A stretch of DNA of 64,000 nucleotides from Octopus bimaculoides (taxonomy: Eukaryota), in NCBI RefSeq assembly GCF_001194135.2, contig NC_069000.1, forward strand, positions 18,874,060 through 18,938,059, given 5' to 3'. The number at the start of each line of letters is the position of its first letter. Position 1 is the stretch's first letter. Under the pieces are notes generated by a model, which did not search any database, was not told the origin of the DNA, and was given only the letters and a program-made list of their open reading frames with translations. The translations under genes were made by a program, and so were the position numbers. Below are positions 61,761-64,000 of this stretch, piece by piece.

Positions 61761-63949
61761 TTTCATTCCTCTCCTTTGTCACTAACAGTTACCTCACTGT
61801 CTTTATCATCCCTGACTATACTATTTTCAACTGATCACAACCTTCAGTAACCTTTCCTTCCTCTCAGAGTCACATCTTAGACCTGCCATACCTCAGCTTT
61901 AACATCTCTCCTATCTGTGTGGCACTTTGGGCAATTGTCTTCTACTTTAGCCCTTGGCTAACCTAAGCCTTGTGAGTGGACTTGGCAGAAAATAACTGAA
62001 AAAACCCATTGTATATGTACACACACATATGTGTGTGTGTGCATGCATATTACTGTCTCCTTGCTTCAACTTCTTGTGATAGTTATAAACAAGAGTCACT
62101 GAGATGTAAGCAGTGTTCTTTGTTCTTAATCTTATGTGGAAACATGCTTGGTCACAAGGAAATATTACCTCACTTGGAAACAGGTGAGGATTAGCAACAG
62201 GAAGGACATCCAGCCACAGGAAAATTCCCCTCAACAATTTCCATGTGAGCAGGAAAAGTAAACATAAATGTGTACATACAGAAATATACATTTATAACTA
62301 TGTACACACACACACATATATATATATAGACACTTTATTTGTGGATTAAGGCTACCATTGGTTTCATGTTCAGAAAGTCCTTAACAATTATCAAGCCTAT
62401 CTCATGGAACATTGGTGTTTGTCTCCATTTTGGATTAAAACAATGATAATTGTTAATGGCTTCCTTAACATGAAACCAATGGTAGTCTTAATCCACAAAT
62501 GTGGTGTTGAGCACTCATTCTCACTGTTCAATATTTACACATACACACACAACTTTATATTTATACTAGACTTACTACCCAGCCTTGCCTGGTAAAGTAT
62601 TTGTATGTGTGTGTGTGAGAGAGAGAGAGTGCCACTTACACATACATGAGAACATACACAGTCACTCACTCACACATTCTCTCTCTCTAGCATACATGCA
62701 CATGTACATACAAAACAGATGTTCGTATATGTATTGATGTATGTATGTATACATGACAATACACCCCTTCACTCATTCTGTCTCTTTCTCTCTCTTCCTA
62801 TCTCTTTCTGTTTCACACACACACGTCCATTTCAAATACACGTACATACATCTTTCACTTTTTCCTCTCTTTCACTTTAAAACAAAATCAAATTGATAAA
62901 AATTTTTTACAGAAATTAACGAACTCCAGATGATGAAATCACATTCAGTTAAAAATATTTTTAAATGATTAAAATATTGTGTATGTCAAAAAGTCAACAG
63001 TCTTTTTTTTTCTTAGAGAGCGCGAAGACATTGAACGTGTGTTTGTGTTGATTGACATTCTATGACATTCATTATATGTGTGTGTATTCTGTATGTGTGT
63101 TGATGTCATGGAAGCCATGTATTTTTCTCATCAAGAAATAACAAACGTTGTGTTTAATTGTTTAAACAGGTTCAAATGTCACAAAAATTTGTACTGCACT
63201 GCTGAAGGTAAGTATAAAAATAAATATGTAAAAAAAAAATTAAGATACANNNNNNNNNNNNNNNNNNNNNNNNNNNNNNNNNNNNNNNNNNNNNNNNNNN
63301 NNNNNNNNNNNNNNNNNNNNNNNNNNNNNNNNNNNNNNNNNNNNNNNNNNNNNNNNNNNNNNNNNNNNNNNNNNNNNNNNNNNNNNNNNNNNNNNNNNNN
63401 NNNNNNNNNNNNNNNNNNNNNNNNNNNNNNNNNNNNNNNNNNNNNNNNNNNNNNNNNNNNNNNNNNNNNNNNNNNNNNNNNNNNNNNNNNNNNNNNNNNN
63501 NNNNNNNNNNNNNNNNNNNNNNNNNNNNNNNNNNNNNTATATATATATATATATGTATGTATATATGTATGTATATATGTATACTCACTGTAAACACCAG
63601 CTCATCTACTTCCGGGTCTATAAACCAGTTTTCTTGCTATGAAACTGAACTACATAGCTCTGTATAATATGTAGTGTGTGTGTGTGTGTGTGTAGACAAA
63701 TAGATAGATGGATAGACAGTCATACAGACAAAGAGAGAGAACAAGAAAGACCTACTCATAGATATATCAAATAACATCCTCTTCATCTCAGGCAGTATTG
63801 AAAGAGAGGAAGTTAGAGAGAAAAAATGTAAAAAATGAAGGTGAACATGTGATAGAATAAGATTGGAGTGAGAGAAAGAATGTCTGCGTGTGACACAAAA
63901 TGAGAGCTAGCTACACACTTGCATATATCTATTTATCTATCTATCTATC

Positions 63950-64000
<51 letters not shown>

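Noticed and set aside
63078-63597. ORFs of 141-171 aa
   Set aside because: N gap plus microsatellite.

Overview
AT-rich, repeat-saturated eukaryotic (animal) genomic DNA from a draft assembly with several N gaps. The SINE families, RTE-type LINEs with (GAT)n tails and abundant (TA)n/(CA)n/(GA)n microsatellites match what I recall of Octopus (coleoid cephalopod) genomes; this species call is inference. No long intact ORF exists, and almost all supplied ORFs are decayed transposon fragments, microsatellite read-through or N-gap artefacts. A likely terminal exon on the minus strand (1391-1306, with AATAAA 6 nt after the stop) and several small exon-like islands suggest the window is mostly intronic, but I could not identify the host gene. 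Mobile elements recognised: tRNA-derived SINEs (about 4 families), many RTE LINE fragments, a decayed Ty3/Gypsy pol, several Tc1/mariner elements, a hAT (Buster/Charlie-like) element, a Tigger/pogo fragment and MITEs. The most unusual signals are: (1) a 411-bp insertion with a 13-bp TSD built from interlocked inverted repeats around a tRNA-like core (55802-56212); (2) a minimal Penelope-type hammerhead ribozyme (5963-6011, minus) plus a second decayed one nearby; (3) two independent 5'-inverted RTE insertions in (TA)n tracts, one ending in three C2H2-like zinc fingers. Coordinates of decayed elements are approximate.
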